Assembly: GCA_963674825.1 (NCBI GenBank)
Contig: OY771587.1
Location: 1,248,001 to 1,312,000, forward strand
Reading direction: 5' to 3'
Source: Candidatus Cloacimonadales bacterium
GTDB taxonomy: Bacteria; Cloacimonadota; Cloacimonadia; Cloacimonadales; JAIOQZ01
Length of the DNA: 64,000 nt
The first letter of the stretch is position 1, and every line of letters begins with the position of its first letter. The notes beneath the pieces were generated by a model that was not told the DNA's origin, did not search any database, and was given only the letters and a program-made list of their open reading frames with translations. Made by a program: the position numbers and the translations under genes. This document shows, piece after piece, positions 39,164-49,105 of the stretch.

Positions 39164-40159
39164 ATGAATTTCGAGTTTAAAAAGATCGAAACCGACGGCG
39201 TCGAGCTGGACGCAAAAAAAGCGGGTGAGTGTATAAAATACGATGTAGCGATCATCGGCGGCGGTCCTGCGGGGCTGGGCGCTGCAATATACGCTGCACG
39301 CGGCGGACTCAAAACCGTCGTCTTCGAGCACGGCCTTTTCGGCGGCCAGATCGTGCTGACTACCGAAGTGGAAAACTACCCGGGTTTCGTCGATTCGATG
39401 ACCGGATTCGACCTCATCGACAAGATGAAAGCGCAGGCGGAGAAGTTCAACACCGAATTCCGCGAAGAATCGGTCATCGCGGTGGGCCTGGAAGGCATCT
39501 GCAAGATCATTGAGACCGATAGCGGCTTCTACCGTGCCAAGTCGATCATCATTGCAACCGGAGCATCACCGCGCAAGCTTTCCGTACCGGGCGAAGAAAA
39601 GCTCACCGGACGCGGCGTTTCCTATTGCGCCACCTGCGATGGCGCGCTCTACCGCGACAAGGTCGTGGCCGTGATCGGCGGTGGCGATTCGGCTGTGGAA
39701 GAGGGACTCTTCCTCACCAAGTTCGCGAAGAAAGTTTACCTGATCCACCGTCGCGATTCGCTTCGGGCGGTCTATACCATTCAGCAACGCGCGCTCAAGA
39801 ACCCCAAGATGGAGATCATCTGGGATACCGTGGTGCAAGGCGTGAAGGGCGAAGAACGGGTCGAGGAGCTACTGCTGTTCAACCGCAAGACGAATGTGGC
39901 CAGCAACCTGAAGGTCGATGGCGTGTTTGTTTATGTGGGCATTATTCCGAACAACAAGCTGTTCGAATCGCGCGTCGAGATGGACGAGCAGGGGTTCATC
40001 CTCACCGACGACAGCCAGCACACCAACATCCCCGGCATCTACGCGGCTGGCGATATCTGCCACAAGGTGCTTCGGCAGGTCGTTACCGCTGTCTCGGATG
40101 GCGCGACCGCGGCCTTCTCAGCCGAGAAGTGGATTCAGGAACACCTGGACGAATTTTAA
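39164..40159 (+). CDS. trxB: Thioredoxin-disulfide reductase
   Basis: GGGPAG, ENYPG, VSYCATCDG, GGGDSA, IHRRD, GIYAAGD. Confidence 0.96.
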   Translation: MNFEFKKIETDGVELDAKKAGECIKYDVAIIGGGPAGLGAAIYAARGGLKTVVFEHGLFGGQIVLTTEVENYPGFVDSMTGFDLIDKMKAQAEKFNTEFREESVIAVGLEGICKIIETDSGFYRAKSIIIATGASPRKLSVPGEEKLTGRGVSYCATCDGALYRDKVVAVIGGGDSAVEEGLFLTKFAKKVYLIHRRDSLRAVYTIQQRALKNPKMEIIWDTVVQGVKGEERVEELLLFNRKTNVASNLKVDGVFVYVGIIPNNKLFESRVEMDEQGFILTDDSQHTNIPGIYAAGDICHKVLRQVVTAVSDGATAAFSAEKWIQEHLDEF

Positions 40160-40174
40160 GCGATACTTTTTCCC

Positions 40175-40204
40175 AAGGGCAGGCCGTTGCGTCTGCCTTT
40201 TTTT
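40175..40204 (+). terminator. Rho-independent terminator
   Basis: GGGCAGGC-CGTT-GCGTCTGCC plus T run. Confidence 0.75.
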
Positions 40205-40346
40205 GTGGAACGCGGCTCTTCTTTCTCTTGAGTATAGGCACTGATCTTAAAGCCATGCTATCACACGACTATCAATAAAACGCTGGACAAATCCCCCGAA
40301 AGGTTATCGATTCGGACTATGATTCACGATCCATGCGAGGACTGTC

Positions 40347-41351
40347 ATGAAACCTGTTGTTATTATGCTTTTGCTGCTGATAATGCTTACCAGCCTCTCC
40401 GCTCACACTTACGTGGATAGCATATACGCCGATAATAATTTAACAGGCAATATTGCCTACTCTCAAGCAGGAGCACCACTGGTTGTAATCACCTCTATTG
40501 GAACAATAATGATAGGTGACACTTCAGAAACTGTTATAATGCCATCTAATGCATCCATGCGGGGTTATCTCTCTTTTGAGTTACCGGTAAAACCAGATGG
40601 GTATAATGTTATTGAAGCCAGACTCCAGGTTTACCAATCTCACAGCGTTGGCAATGGTGAGTATATGGGATGTTTTGAGCTGTATCCTAACTGGAATATT
40701 ATTGATGGAGAAAATGTTGATTGCTTTATAAGTCACATTAATTACGGAGCACAGCTTGAATTTAATGATTGGGTAAAAGGTGACGAAGGTAACGAAGATA
40801 CTTATAATCATTTTATTGGCGTTATTACTCATCAAAACCTGAATCATGCTAATCCTATGTTTGGAGAACAGGGACATCGCTATATGGACGTAACTTCATG
40901 TGTTTATGGTGATTATAGCATAAACAACTTATACTCACAATATCGAATAGCATTTGAGATCGATACTGATGGAGATTCATTGTCAGATTATGTTGGTTTC
41001 TCAGGAACAAGTGGATCTTTAACTGCTCTAAAACCAATCCTATATCTTACATATTCCGATGGAAATTCTGTCGATGATGAAATGGAACAGGAGTTATTGC
41101 CAATTACAATATTTCCTCAACCAATTCACGATACAGCAACAATACAATATCAAATCGCCAAACCGCAAACCGTCGAAATCAGCATCTACAACGTCAGGGG
41201 CAGAAAAGTCGAAGAAATATGCCGGAATGTATCCACCATCGGAACGCAACAGCAGACCATCGGTTTTCAGAATCATCCCAGCGGTGTCTATTTTGTGAGA
41301 GTAAACACCGATAACCGCTCAACCGTAAAACGAATTCTGCATCTACGATAG
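40347..41351 (+). CDS. Secreted protein with T9SS-A-like CTD (DNRLRE-like passenger)
   Basis: Signal peptide; RGYLSFELP...ARLQVYQ; CTD FPQP...IYNVRGRKV...SGVYFVRV...KRILHLR. Confidence 0.8.
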   Translation: MKPVVIMLLLLIMLTSLSAHTYVDSIYADNNLTGNIAYSQAGAPLVVITSIGTIMIGDTSETVIMPSNASMRGYLSFELPVKPDGYNVIEARLQVYQSHSVGNGEYMGCFELYPNWNIIDGENVDCFISHINYGAQLEFNDWVKGDEGNEDTYNHFIGVITHQNLNHANPMFGEQGHRYMDVTSCVYGDYSINNLYSQYRIAFEIDTDGDSLSDYVGFSGTSGSLTALKPILYLTYSDGNSVDDEMEQELLPITIFPQPIHDTATIQYQIAKPQTVEISIYNVRGRKVEEICRNVSTIGTQQQTIGFQNHPSGVYFVRVNTDNRSTVKRILHLR

Positions 41352-41377
41352 ACGTTCGATTGATGCTGCGAACGCGC

Positions 41378-41574
41378 AAAAAGAAAGGGCAGACACAATG
41401 GATTGCCACTACAGCCCCTGGGTACGCAGACGTCCTCGTCTGCATCCCCCTTTCCCTTCATCAATCGTCCACTACTCATGAAATCAACATTCGGAAGAGT
41501 CTCACTGCGATCGACACATTTAGAAGGTGATTTCATAAAAAGAAAGGGCAGACACAGTGGTCTGCCCCTACAGC
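41378..41574 (-). repeat. Two 38-bp GTAG-type REP direct repeats (41378-41415, 41537-41574) flanking further hairpins
   Basis: Minus strand GCTGTAGGGGCAGACCACTGTGTCTGCCCTTTCTTTTT; second copy differs at 4 positions; GCAGACG-TCCT-CGTCTGC and ATGAAATCA...TGATTTCAT lie between them. Confidence 0.75.
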
Positions 41575-41582
41575 TAAACATC

Positions 41583-41610
41583 TTTCGTTTTGACTGCGTC
41601 AAAGCCGAAA
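41583..41610 (-). repeat. GNA-triloop hairpin repeat (TTTCGGCTTTGAC-GCA-GTCAAAACGAAA)
   Basis: Same motif as 53612, 53686, 57260, 57334; starts 1 bp after the stop codon of 41612..44362. Confidence 0.85.
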
Positions 41611-41611
41611 A

Positions 41612-44362
41612 TCATTGAATCATCAACATTTTACGCGTCGAGATATAGTCATCCGATTTCATGCGATAAAGATATATTCCTGAGCCGACTTGCTTACCGG
41701 ACACATCGTCGCCAAGCCACTGTACCTTATGCGTTCCATCGCCTACCTGGCCATCGAGCAACGTACGGATGAGCTGCCCCTTGAGGTTGAATACCTCGAT
41801 GGTTACGTGTCCGGATTCTTTCAGCGAGAAGCTGATCTCGGTAGAAGGATTGAACGGATTGGGATGGTTACCCAGTAGCTGTGTCAAAACGTCCGCATCC
41901 GGTACCTGACCGGGCTCGTCGTCACTGACAACCGTCACTTCGATCGGGCCGTACAGCTCGCTGTGCCCCGCTGCGGAAAGCGATTCCAGCCAGTAGTAGT
42001 ACGTCGATTCATACGCGACATCCTGATCTGCATATTCGTAGTTGGTCTCGGTCGCCTGATTCTGCGCCAGGATAAGCCCCGGATTGACGCGCACAGCTTC
42101 GTCCGTCAGGCAAACATCCGCGCGCAGAAGGTTGTAACCCAGCATATCGCTCTCGGACTGGCTTATCCACCGCACGACCACTTCGTTTTCGTCTGCGACG
42201 GTCGCGGTGAAGGATGATAACTGCACGGGAAGCGTTACCTCGAGCCACTCGGAGTTGCTGCCGCCATTTCCGGCGGAAGGCGTGATGGCTTCGCTTGTTG
42301 CGCTGGCGCTGATCCAGTTGGATGCCGAGGTTACGCCTGCATCGCTGCCGCTCGTGTAATAGACAGCGGTCGATGATCCCGGCCGAATCGCGGTGAAAGC
42401 GGGGTCATTGCCCTGATCCCAGTCGTGCACAGTTGTGCGGCTTACGCCGTCTGCCAGGATGGGATTATCGGTGCTGGTCGAATTGGAAAAGCCGGTCCAG
42501 GTTTCGTTCACAAACAAACTGGAAGCTGTATGCGGTGCAACGACATGCTTGTTGCCGTCGCCGGTTACAATCAGATCGTCGTCCGGCAGCACGGTATCGC
42601 GATCATAGCCGTTATAGACCACGATCACGGTTCCTTCAGGAACGGAACTCCACGGTGAACCTGCGCCATCCAGGAAGCTGAAGAATACATCGCTATCGTC
42701 GGAAAGCGTCCAGCCGCGCATATCGAGGTTGTCCTGCACCACAACGATTTCCACCCATTCCTTGCTGCCATCCGCGCCCTGCGACCACTCGTTGATAATC
42801 GCCGCCATCTCGGTGCTTCCACCCGCGGTTCCATTACCAGTCAGTGTAATTTCCAGCGTGGAAGCGCCTGCCGAAACGCATTGCAGATTCGCGTTGTAGC
42901 TCTGCTCAGCTCCAGGCGTAAAGCGAATGTAGATACGCTGGTTAAGCGACTGCCCGGAAGGACTCAGGATAAGCTGATCGGTATAGCCAGATCCGCTGCT
43001 TGCCGAAATCTCGAAGTCTGCCGGTGCGCTTACGGTCACATCATCGACCAGATTACTACCGGTGATGTCGAAATATACCTCATCGGAAGCCTGCCCGATG
43101 GTCACATCGCCGAAATCGTGCGCTGTTGGATTCGCGGACAGAGTTGGCGTTCCCCAGATATCCCATACGTATTCGGGATGATCGATGAAGGGATTGCGGT
43201 TGTGCTGATAGCTATCGTAGATAAGCTGATTGCGGGTTTCTTCCGCTGTAGAGACGGGATCTTCGGCGTGCCATTTCAGCAGGGTTGTGAGCTTTCCGTG
43301 CTCGCCCAGCAAGTCGCCTGTATCGGGATTGTCCGTATCGATCGCGTCCACCAGTTCCAGGTCGACCTCACCGTTATCGCCTTCGTAACGTACGGCCATA
43401 TAGAACATCATGCGCGCCACATCACCTTTGACCGCGTCTGGCGGTTCCCAGGTGTCTGTAGTCCAGTAGCAATCAGTCGCGCCGTCGCCATCAATGTATT
43501 CGTTTCCACCTTCCGCAAAGTCGCGATTGAGCTTCATGGTGTTGACGGTAGAATCTTCCGGTCTCAGGTGGTGCAAGTCGGTTCCGGGATATTCGTCGAT
43601 ATCGAAATTGCCATGGGATTTTGCCCAGACATGCTCGCGGTTCCAGCCATTGGAAGTATTAAAATTGTCTTTGGCGATCGACCAACCGGTGTAGATGCCG
43701 ATCACATTGTTCGAGTTCTCGGGATCTTCATCCAGAACCTGCAGCGCGACTCTTACTCCATCGTAGTCGAAAAAGGTATGCCCGTCGATGATATTGTGCA
43801 GCGCAGCTTTCAGCGCGGAGCCGGTCAGACCCGCAGCCGCCTCGTAGTATTCGCCGAAGTCCGTCATCACGATGTCGTCGATGTTACCGCGCTTGTCGGC
43901 TGTTCCAGAGGTAGCGGTAATCCGCACCCGGATATCGCCGGTCATGTTAATATCAGCACTCCAATAGGTAAGAGTACTTTGGAGGTTCGAGTTGAAATCG
44001 ATTCCGGCCTGTATCCAGTCGGTACCGCCATTGGTGCTGTACTCAACGCGGAAGGTCGGTGCGGTGCTGTCAGTACCGTATTTCGCGTAGTAGAGCGAAA
44101 TGGTCCCGATTCCACCGGATTTATCGGCCAGCATGGTCATGGAGCCGGCAGTCTTGATCCTTGCCGACTTCGTACCATTCTTTTTATCGTTGTCCAGCGT
44201 GCCAATCAGGGCGTTGTTCATGTTCCAGGAAATGCCGCTCAGTGTGACATCGCCAGTAGTATAAGAGGTCTTGCTTTCCGCTTCGAAATTCACCACATAA
44301 TCGGCGTTCAGACCGCCAACCAGCATCATAAGACAGAAAAATAACAGTATCGTTTTTTGCAT
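41612..44362 (-). CDS. Secreted endonuclease I family nuclease with Ig-like, lamin-tail and FlgD/T9SS-like CTD domains
   Basis: WNREHVWAKS, TDLHHLRP, KGDVARMMFYMAVRY, NRNPFIDHP; IINEW..EWVEI (LTD); TLPVQLSSF; NHPNPFNP...RKMLMIQ. Confidence 0.92.
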   Translation of the reverse strand: MQKTILLFFCLMMLVGGLNADYVVNFEAESKTSYTTGDVTLSGISWNMNNALIGTLDNDKKNGTKSARIKTAGSMTMLADKSGGIGTISLYYAKYGTDSTAPTFRVEYSTNGGTDWIQAGIDFNSNLQSTLTYWSADINMTGDIRVRITATSGTADKRGNIDDIVMTDFGEYYEAAAGLTGSALKAALHNIIDGHTFFDYDGVRVALQVLDEDPENSNNVIGIYTGWSIAKDNFNTSNGWNREHVWAKSHGNFDIDEYPGTDLHHLRPEDSTVNTMKLNRDFAEGGNEYIDGDGATDCYWTTDTWEPPDAVKGDVARMMFYMAVRYEGDNGEVDLELVDAIDTDNPDTGDLLGEHGKLTTLLKWHAEDPVSTAEETRNQLIYDSYQHNRNPFIDHPEYVWDIWGTPTLSANPTAHDFGDVTIGQASDEVYFDITGSNLVDDVTVSAPADFEISASSGSGYTDQLILSPSGQSLNQRIYIRFTPGAEQSYNANLQCVSAGASTLEITLTGNGTAGGSTEMAAIINEWSQGADGSKEWVEIVVVQDNLDMRGWTLSDDSDVFFSFLDGAGSPWSSVPEGTVIVVYNGYDRDTVLPDDDLIVTGDGNKHVVAPHTASSLFVNETWTGFSNSTSTDNPILADGVSRTTVHDWDQGNDPAFTAIRPGSSTAVYYTSGSDAGVTSASNWISASATSEAITPSAGNGGSNSEWLEVTLPVQLSSFTATVADENEVVVRWISQSESDMLGYNLLRADVCLTDEAVRVNPGLILAQNQATETNYEYADQDVAYESTYYYWLESLSAAGHSELYGPIEVTVVSDDEPGQVPDADVLTQLLGNHPNPFNPSTEISFSLKESGHVTIEVFNLKGQLIRTLLDGQVGDGTHKVQWLGDDVSGKQVGSGIYLYRMKSDDYISTRKMLMIQ

Positions 44363-44392
44363 CGCTATCTCCAGAGTCTTGATTTCTCGGCG

Positions 44393-44420
44393 AACATAGC
44401 GTGCGGATGAATGCTGTCCA
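44393..44420 (-). promoter_or_regulatory. Promoter TGGACA-16-TATGTT
   Basis: Upstream of the nuclease gene on the minus strand. Confidence 0.45.
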
Positions 44421-44457
44421 GATATTTCGATTGGTTAACGGGTTCTTTTCGGAGATT

Positions 44458-45375
44458 TCACTCGACGACCGGCAGCGTCACGCGCAGGTCATCAAGCTCA
44501 TTGTTTAGATAGCGTCGAATCAGATCGGCCACGGTACCGGCGTCAATCGACTCCATGCAGACGTGGTTGTCGCAGGTTTCGAGGGTTCCCTTCGAGATGA
44601 AACATGGCGAGCAATGAGGTGTGCAGGAGATCGTCAGTTGATCAGCATACGAAGATACAGCCGGCCTTATCAACCCGCCATAAATGATTGCCGCACGAGT
44701 TTCAGTCGCCCTGGCAAGGTGCATCAAGCCGCCCTCGAGCCCGACAAAGCAAGCACTTCGCTGCACGATTGCAGCGGATGTCCTGAGCGCTGTTCCTCGC
44801 CGATCGATCGCATCTGGAAGTAGCGGCGAGCGTTTGTCGCCGATCTGCACAAACGGCATATCCGGCAAAAGCTTGGTTAGCTCGACGAATTTCTCGAAGC
44901 CCCACTCCTTGCGATTCTGTGTGAATCCCATTTTGCCTTCGGGACAGATGGTGAGGTAGGTCTCGGGAAGTTCGATTGTGGCATCAGTTAATTCCTGCTC
45001 GGTAAGATAGATTCGCGGCGTGAGATCCACCGGCTCGATACCGATTCGCTCGGCCATCTGTGCCAGCAAAGTGGAATCCGTATGGGGCGTGACATGGTAG
45101 CCGGTTTTGAAATGCCGCTTGGTGGTCATAAGGTGCTTACGTGCCACGTAAGCGACGTCCGGATTACCGTAAAACAGGCTCTTGTGCGGCGTTTGCACCA
45201 CGATCTTTTTCCCCGGATACTTCTTCTTCAATCCCGGAATCAACGCGGACAGCATAATGCTGTCGCCGATCCCCTTCGAGAACGAATTGAGAAAGAGATA
45301 CTTCGGATTCAGATAGCAGTACAGCAATCCCGGTAGCTCCGAGATACGTTCTAATGTTTCTTTCCACTTGCTCAT
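44458..45375 (-). CDS. Glycosyltransferase family 9 (heptosyltransferase-like)
   Basis: GIGDSIM, KEW, FVGLEGGLMHLA, C-terminal CSPC...C...CM cluster. Confidence 0.88.
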   Translation of the reverse strand: MSKWKETLERISELPGLLYCYLNPKYLFLNSFSKGIGDSIMLSALIPGLKKKYPGKKIVVQTPHKSLFYGNPDVAYVARKHLMTTKRHFKTGYHVTPHTDSTLLAQMAERIGIEPVDLTPRIYLTEQELTDATIELPETYLTICPEGKMGFTQNRKEWGFEKFVELTKLLPDMPFVQIGDKRSPLLPDAIDRRGTALRTSAAIVQRSACFVGLEGGLMHLARATETRAAIIYGGLIRPAVSSYADQLTISCTPHCSPCFISKGTLETCDNHVCMESIDAGTVADLIRRYLNNELDDLRVTLPVVE

Positions 45376-45418
45376 CCATTCATCCTTTCCAAACGACCAT
45401 TTTGCTGTCCAGCATTTT

Positions 45419-45451
45419 AAAAGGGAGAGCTCCTCGCGGCAGCTCTCCCTT
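45419..45451 (-). terminator. Rho-independent terminator
   Basis: AAGGGAGAGCT...AGCTCTCCCTT inverted repeat with a T run on the minus strand. Confidence 0.8.
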
Positions 45452-45471
45452 ATTGATGGTAACTAATGACA

Positions 45472-48400
45472 CTATTTCAACAGGAGCATCTTCTTTACAC
45501 AGACATACCGGCCATCGACCGTCATGCTCAGGAAATAGACACCCGATGCCACTTTTCGGTCCTGGCTGTCCATTCCGCGCCACACAGCCCGGTGCTCACC
45601 GGCCGGGTAATCGTCATCTACCAGCGTCTTGACAATCTGCCCCCGGATATTGAGCACAGTCAGCATCACATGACTATACTCTTTCACCGAGTAAGAAACC
45701 GTGGTCTCGGGATTGAACGGATTCGGCGTATTTCCCTTGAGGGCTGTGACATATGATTCCATGCCGGGATCACCCGTCGCCAGTACAATCACTTCCAGCT
45801 CAACCGGCTCCGATTCACCGGACGAATACACATTGGTCAGCGCGAAGGTGTGGGTTCCGGGTTCGACATCCTCGACGCAGAACGGCGATGAATCGACGAA
45901 TTCTTCCTCGATCAACACATCATTCTGGTAAATGTTCACGCCGAGGAACGAACGGTCGACAATACACTCTTTCCGAGCTGTGTTTCTCGTATCGTTCATC
46001 TCGTCCCAGTAGAGGCAAACCATGCTACCATCCACTTCCGCATAGGCGTTTTGAACCGGTGTAAGTGTCTCTAGCAGGTTGACATTGATCTCCAGATCCG
46101 AGGTGATATCGAAATTTTCGACAATATAATCATCGAACAGCGGTAGCGTTACGGTCAGATTGTAGATACCGTACGGCACATCGGTCAGAGTGACGACGCC
46201 ATCCAGCGGAACTTCACCGGAATAGATCTGATCACCAGCGAATTCGTATTGCGCGCCTTCAGGGCTGTCACCGGAATTGGTGGTGACGTTGATAGTGATA
46301 TTCGCGAACGGTTCTCCCGCGTCGGTACCACCAGACAGGCAGACCATGTAACCGTTGCGCATGCCAAAGACCATTTCCGGGCTTCCGTTGTCATCGATAT
46401 CGTCCACTGCGCGAGTACGGTCGATCGGCTGTGTCATGAGCGTGCTCCAGAATTCCGATGACTCGGAACCGGAAATAACAAGCGCCTGGCCGGTCAGCTT
46501 CCCACCAAGGATGTCGAACTGGTTGTCGCCGTCGAGATCGCCGATAGGTGTGCAGTCGATAAAGGTGCCGGCACCTGAGTACCAGGTTGTCGCAACGCCT
46601 GTAGCGGTATTGACCGCCACACAGATATCTCCGCCGACATAGGTCGGGATGACGTAATCCACATTGTTGTAAAAAGCTCTTTCAATGTGCGTCAGCAGAT
46701 CAACCTCGGTATATGTCCATTGCACATTGTCCTCATTATCGAGGCAAACAAGCTGTCCGCTAAAGGTACCGTAAACCATATCCTGAACACCGTCGCCGGT
46801 AACATCGCTGATATCGATGACCGCCCAGCAGGTGTTACTGCCAATGTTATGCAAAAAAATCACGGATCCGTCCGCTCCCGAAAGCAGCGAGAAATCGGCA
46901 TCGGAATAGTCGGACGACCCACCGCAGATGACATCCGGGATGTTATCTCCGTTCTGGTCATCGATCGAACTGACGGATGAACGGGCATATTCAAACTGCT
47001 CCATCCATTCGACACTGCCGTCGGTTCCGTTCAGAAGGAAAATCGCGCGTGGACCGGTTCCGTTGCCGTCATCACCTGATGATGCCAGGATGTCGCTGAC
47101 ACCATCCCCGGTAAAATCACGTCGGCCATCCACCTGATAGACCCAACCGCCATCGCCGATCTGATGCGTGTCATAGTACCACAGTAAGTCGCCGTTGGTT
47201 CCGTCCAGCGCAAAGATGCTGCGGCTTCCCCAAGCCGTTCCGATCACCACGTCGATCACTCCATCATTGTTAAGGTCATCGGTGATATCCAGCCCACGAT
47301 GATCGTATACAGAACCATACCCGATCTCGTCGATATCGGTATCGAACCGCCAGAAAATGTCGGCCTCACCGCTGCTATTTCCGTTCAGGCAATAGACGTG
47401 ATACTTGTTGTCGCAGACCACCACTTCGTCAATCCCGTCTCCGTTAATGTCCGTGAACTTCTTGATCGCGGTAACCTTCTCACCCCAAAGATTGGTCTGG
47501 AAATACCAGTATTCGGAGCCAACATCCTGCGTCATTTCGCCAATCGCAGCGATAACCGGGATGGTAACCGTCGCCTCATCCGCATCGTTGCAATAGATGG
47601 TGATATCCGCCCCGTTATCGCCGGGTTGATGCGCGTTCAGCCATATTCGCACCAGTACCGTGTCACGCGTGGCCAGCGTAATCGGGAAATCGGCTTCGTT
47701 TTCGTAGAACAAGGTGTTGTCGATCGAGATACCCGTAACAGAAAGATCCTGCGCGCCAAGATTCGCGAGCTGAATTGTTCGCCCGGTTATTGCGCCAAGC
47801 CGTACAATGCCGAAATCGAGCATGGTCGGTTCGTACTCAATCTCCTGATCCGCATAGATGCCGAATACTGCAAGCGAGATAGATTCACTCGGATTGACCG
47901 GGTCGTTGGATACGACTTCGCAGGTTCCCTCAATGACGCCAGCAACTTGGGGATAGCAGATAATATTGAAGTTGTAAGTGTTTCCCGGTGTGATGGTAAT
48001 CGGAAGATTTTCAGTATGATCAAACGATGCCTGCGTGGAATTGAAATCGGTGATAAGCAGGTCCGCGTTACCGGTATTGGTAATGGGAAGCGATATTTCC
48101 ACCGATTCGTCGATGACGATATTGCCAAAATCATGCTCATCCCATCCGAGCTGTATAGCTGGCGTACCCACGCCACCGAGATCGACCTTGTAAAGGTAGT
48201 CATTACCACCCTGTCCGTTGTCACAGTACCAGAGGTAGGTTCCGTCGAACACGATTCCAGCCGGATCGACACCCTCGGAGGCATGACTTTCGATCAGGCT
48301 TCCATCGGAAGGATCGATCTTGTAGAGTGCATCGCCCCAATAATCCGCCATCCATAGACTGCCATTCTCCATGCAAAGGTCCCAGGGCTGGTTATCGGGC

Positions 48401-48870
48401 GCCGAGAATTCATCGAGGATAGCTCCGGTGTCGTCGAGTTTGTAGATGTATCCATCGGGATCGTAATAGGTTGATACCCAATAATCTCCGTTATCCCAGG
48501 CGATACCCGACATATAGTGATCCGGCAGATTGAACTGCTGCAAGATGTTTCCGCTCATGTCGAGTTGATACGCGATCGCCGGATTGGAAGAACTTCCCGG
48601 ATGATCGGTTATCCAGAGGTGATCCCCATCCCAGGTCATTCCATAGGTGTCGTCCATGCTTCCTGTAAAGAGCAAGGTACTGGTTCCATCGGAGGGATCT
48701 ATCCGATAAACCTCGTCTCCATTAGCTCCGTACATACCACAGTAGAGGTATTCGCCGTCCCATGCAAGCCCCGATGCGTTCTCAGGGATGGGATACGTCG
48801 CAACAATGGTCCATTCGGCGAAAAGCACGCCGAACAGCAAAAATGTCAAACCCAGCAAAAGCTTCTTCAT
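45472..48870 (-). CDS. Secreted multidomain protein: beta-propeller, 2 ASH/choice-of-anchor-D Ig domains, FG-GAP propeller, carboxypeptidase-regulatory-like domain, CTD
   Basis: GGAGG before ATG 48870; GLAWDG/GMTWDG repeats; HDFG..ITNTG; DINGDG/DLNNDG/DFTGDG Ca-loops; NTPNPFNP...KKMLLLK. Confidence 0.88.
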   Translation of the reverse strand: MKKLLLGLTFLLFGVLFAEWTIVATYPIPENASGLAWDGEYLYCGMYGANGDEVYRIDPSDGTSTLLFTGSMDDTYGMTWDGDHLWITDHPGSSSNPAIAYQLDMSGNILQQFNLPDHYMSGIAWDNGDYWVSTYYDPDGYIYKLDDTGAILDEFSAPDNQPWDLCMENGSLWMADYWGDALYKIDPSDGSLIESHASEGVDPAGIVFDGTYLWYCDNGQGGNDYLYKVDLGGVGTPAIQLGWDEHDFGNIVIDESVEISLPITNTGNADLLITDFNSTQASFDHTENLPITITPGNTYNFNIICYPQVAGVIEGTCEVVSNDPVNPSESISLAVFGIYADQEIEYEPTMLDFGIVRLGAITGRTIQLANLGAQDLSVTGISIDNTLFYENEADFPITLATRDTVLVRIWLNAHQPGDNGADITIYCNDADEATVTIPVIAAIGEMTQDVGSEYWYFQTNLWGEKVTAIKKFTDINGDGIDEVVVCDNKYHVYCLNGNSSGEADIFWRFDTDIDEIGYGSVYDHRGLDITDDLNNDGVIDVVIGTAWGSRSIFALDGTNGDLLWYYDTHQIGDGGWVYQVDGRRDFTGDGVSDILASSGDDGNGTGPRAIFLLNGTDGSVEWMEQFEYARSSVSSIDDQNGDNIPDVICGGSSDYSDADFSLLSGADGSVIFLHNIGSNTCWAVIDISDVTGDGVQDMVYGTFSGQLVCLDNEDNVQWTYTEVDLLTHIERAFYNNVDYVIPTYVGGDICVAVNTATGVATTWYSGAGTFIDCTPIGDLDGDNQFDILGGKLTGQALVISGSESSEFWSTLMTQPIDRTRAVDDIDDNGSPEMVFGMRNGYMVCLSGGTDAGEPFANITINVTTNSGDSPEGAQYEFAGDQIYSGEVPLDGVVTLTDVPYGIYNLTVTLPLFDDYIVENFDITSDLEINVNLLETLTPVQNAYAEVDGSMVCLYWDEMNDTRNTARKECIVDRSFLGVNIYQNDVLIEEEFVDSSPFCVEDVEPGTHTFALTNVYSSGESEPVELEVIVLATGDPGMESYVTALKGNTPNPFNPETTVSYSVKEYSHVMLTVLNIRGQIVKTLVDDDYPAGEHRAVWRGMDSQDRKVASGVYFLSMTVDGRYVCVKKMLLLK

Positions 48871-48910
48871 TTCGGCCTCCTTGTTTCCGGGACAATGTGT
48901 CTCAACGAAG

Positions 48911-48938
48911 ATTGTATATCGAAGGGATTCATTGTCAA
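48911..48938 (-). promoter_or_regulatory. Promoter TTGACA-16-TACAAT
   Basis: Near-consensus boxes about 40 bp upstream of ATG 48870. Confidence 0.65.
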
Positions 48939-49061
48939 AGAATTTGTGATTTATGCCAAAACGAATCCGAGTATCATGTTCCACAAACAACTCGTACTTG
49001 ACTTTGCATCACTGAATCGGATTCGACCTGAATTGTTTTTTCCGCAACCATATCTTTGTAA

Positions 49062-49089
49062 TTGACACTTTTTGCACACTCGCTATATT
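49062..49089 (+). promoter_or_regulatory. Promoter TTGACA-16-TATATT
   Basis: Near-consensus boxes upstream of the TPR-HisKA gene. Confidence 0.6.
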
Positions 49090-49105
49090 AATAAACATAC
49101 AATCC

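Noticed and set aside
42881..44344. Long antisense ORFs (also 1952..3298, 16582..17634, 35922..37250, 47299..48357, 60102..61433)
   Set aside because: Shadow frames opposite well-supported genes, expected from codon bias; no recognisable motifs.
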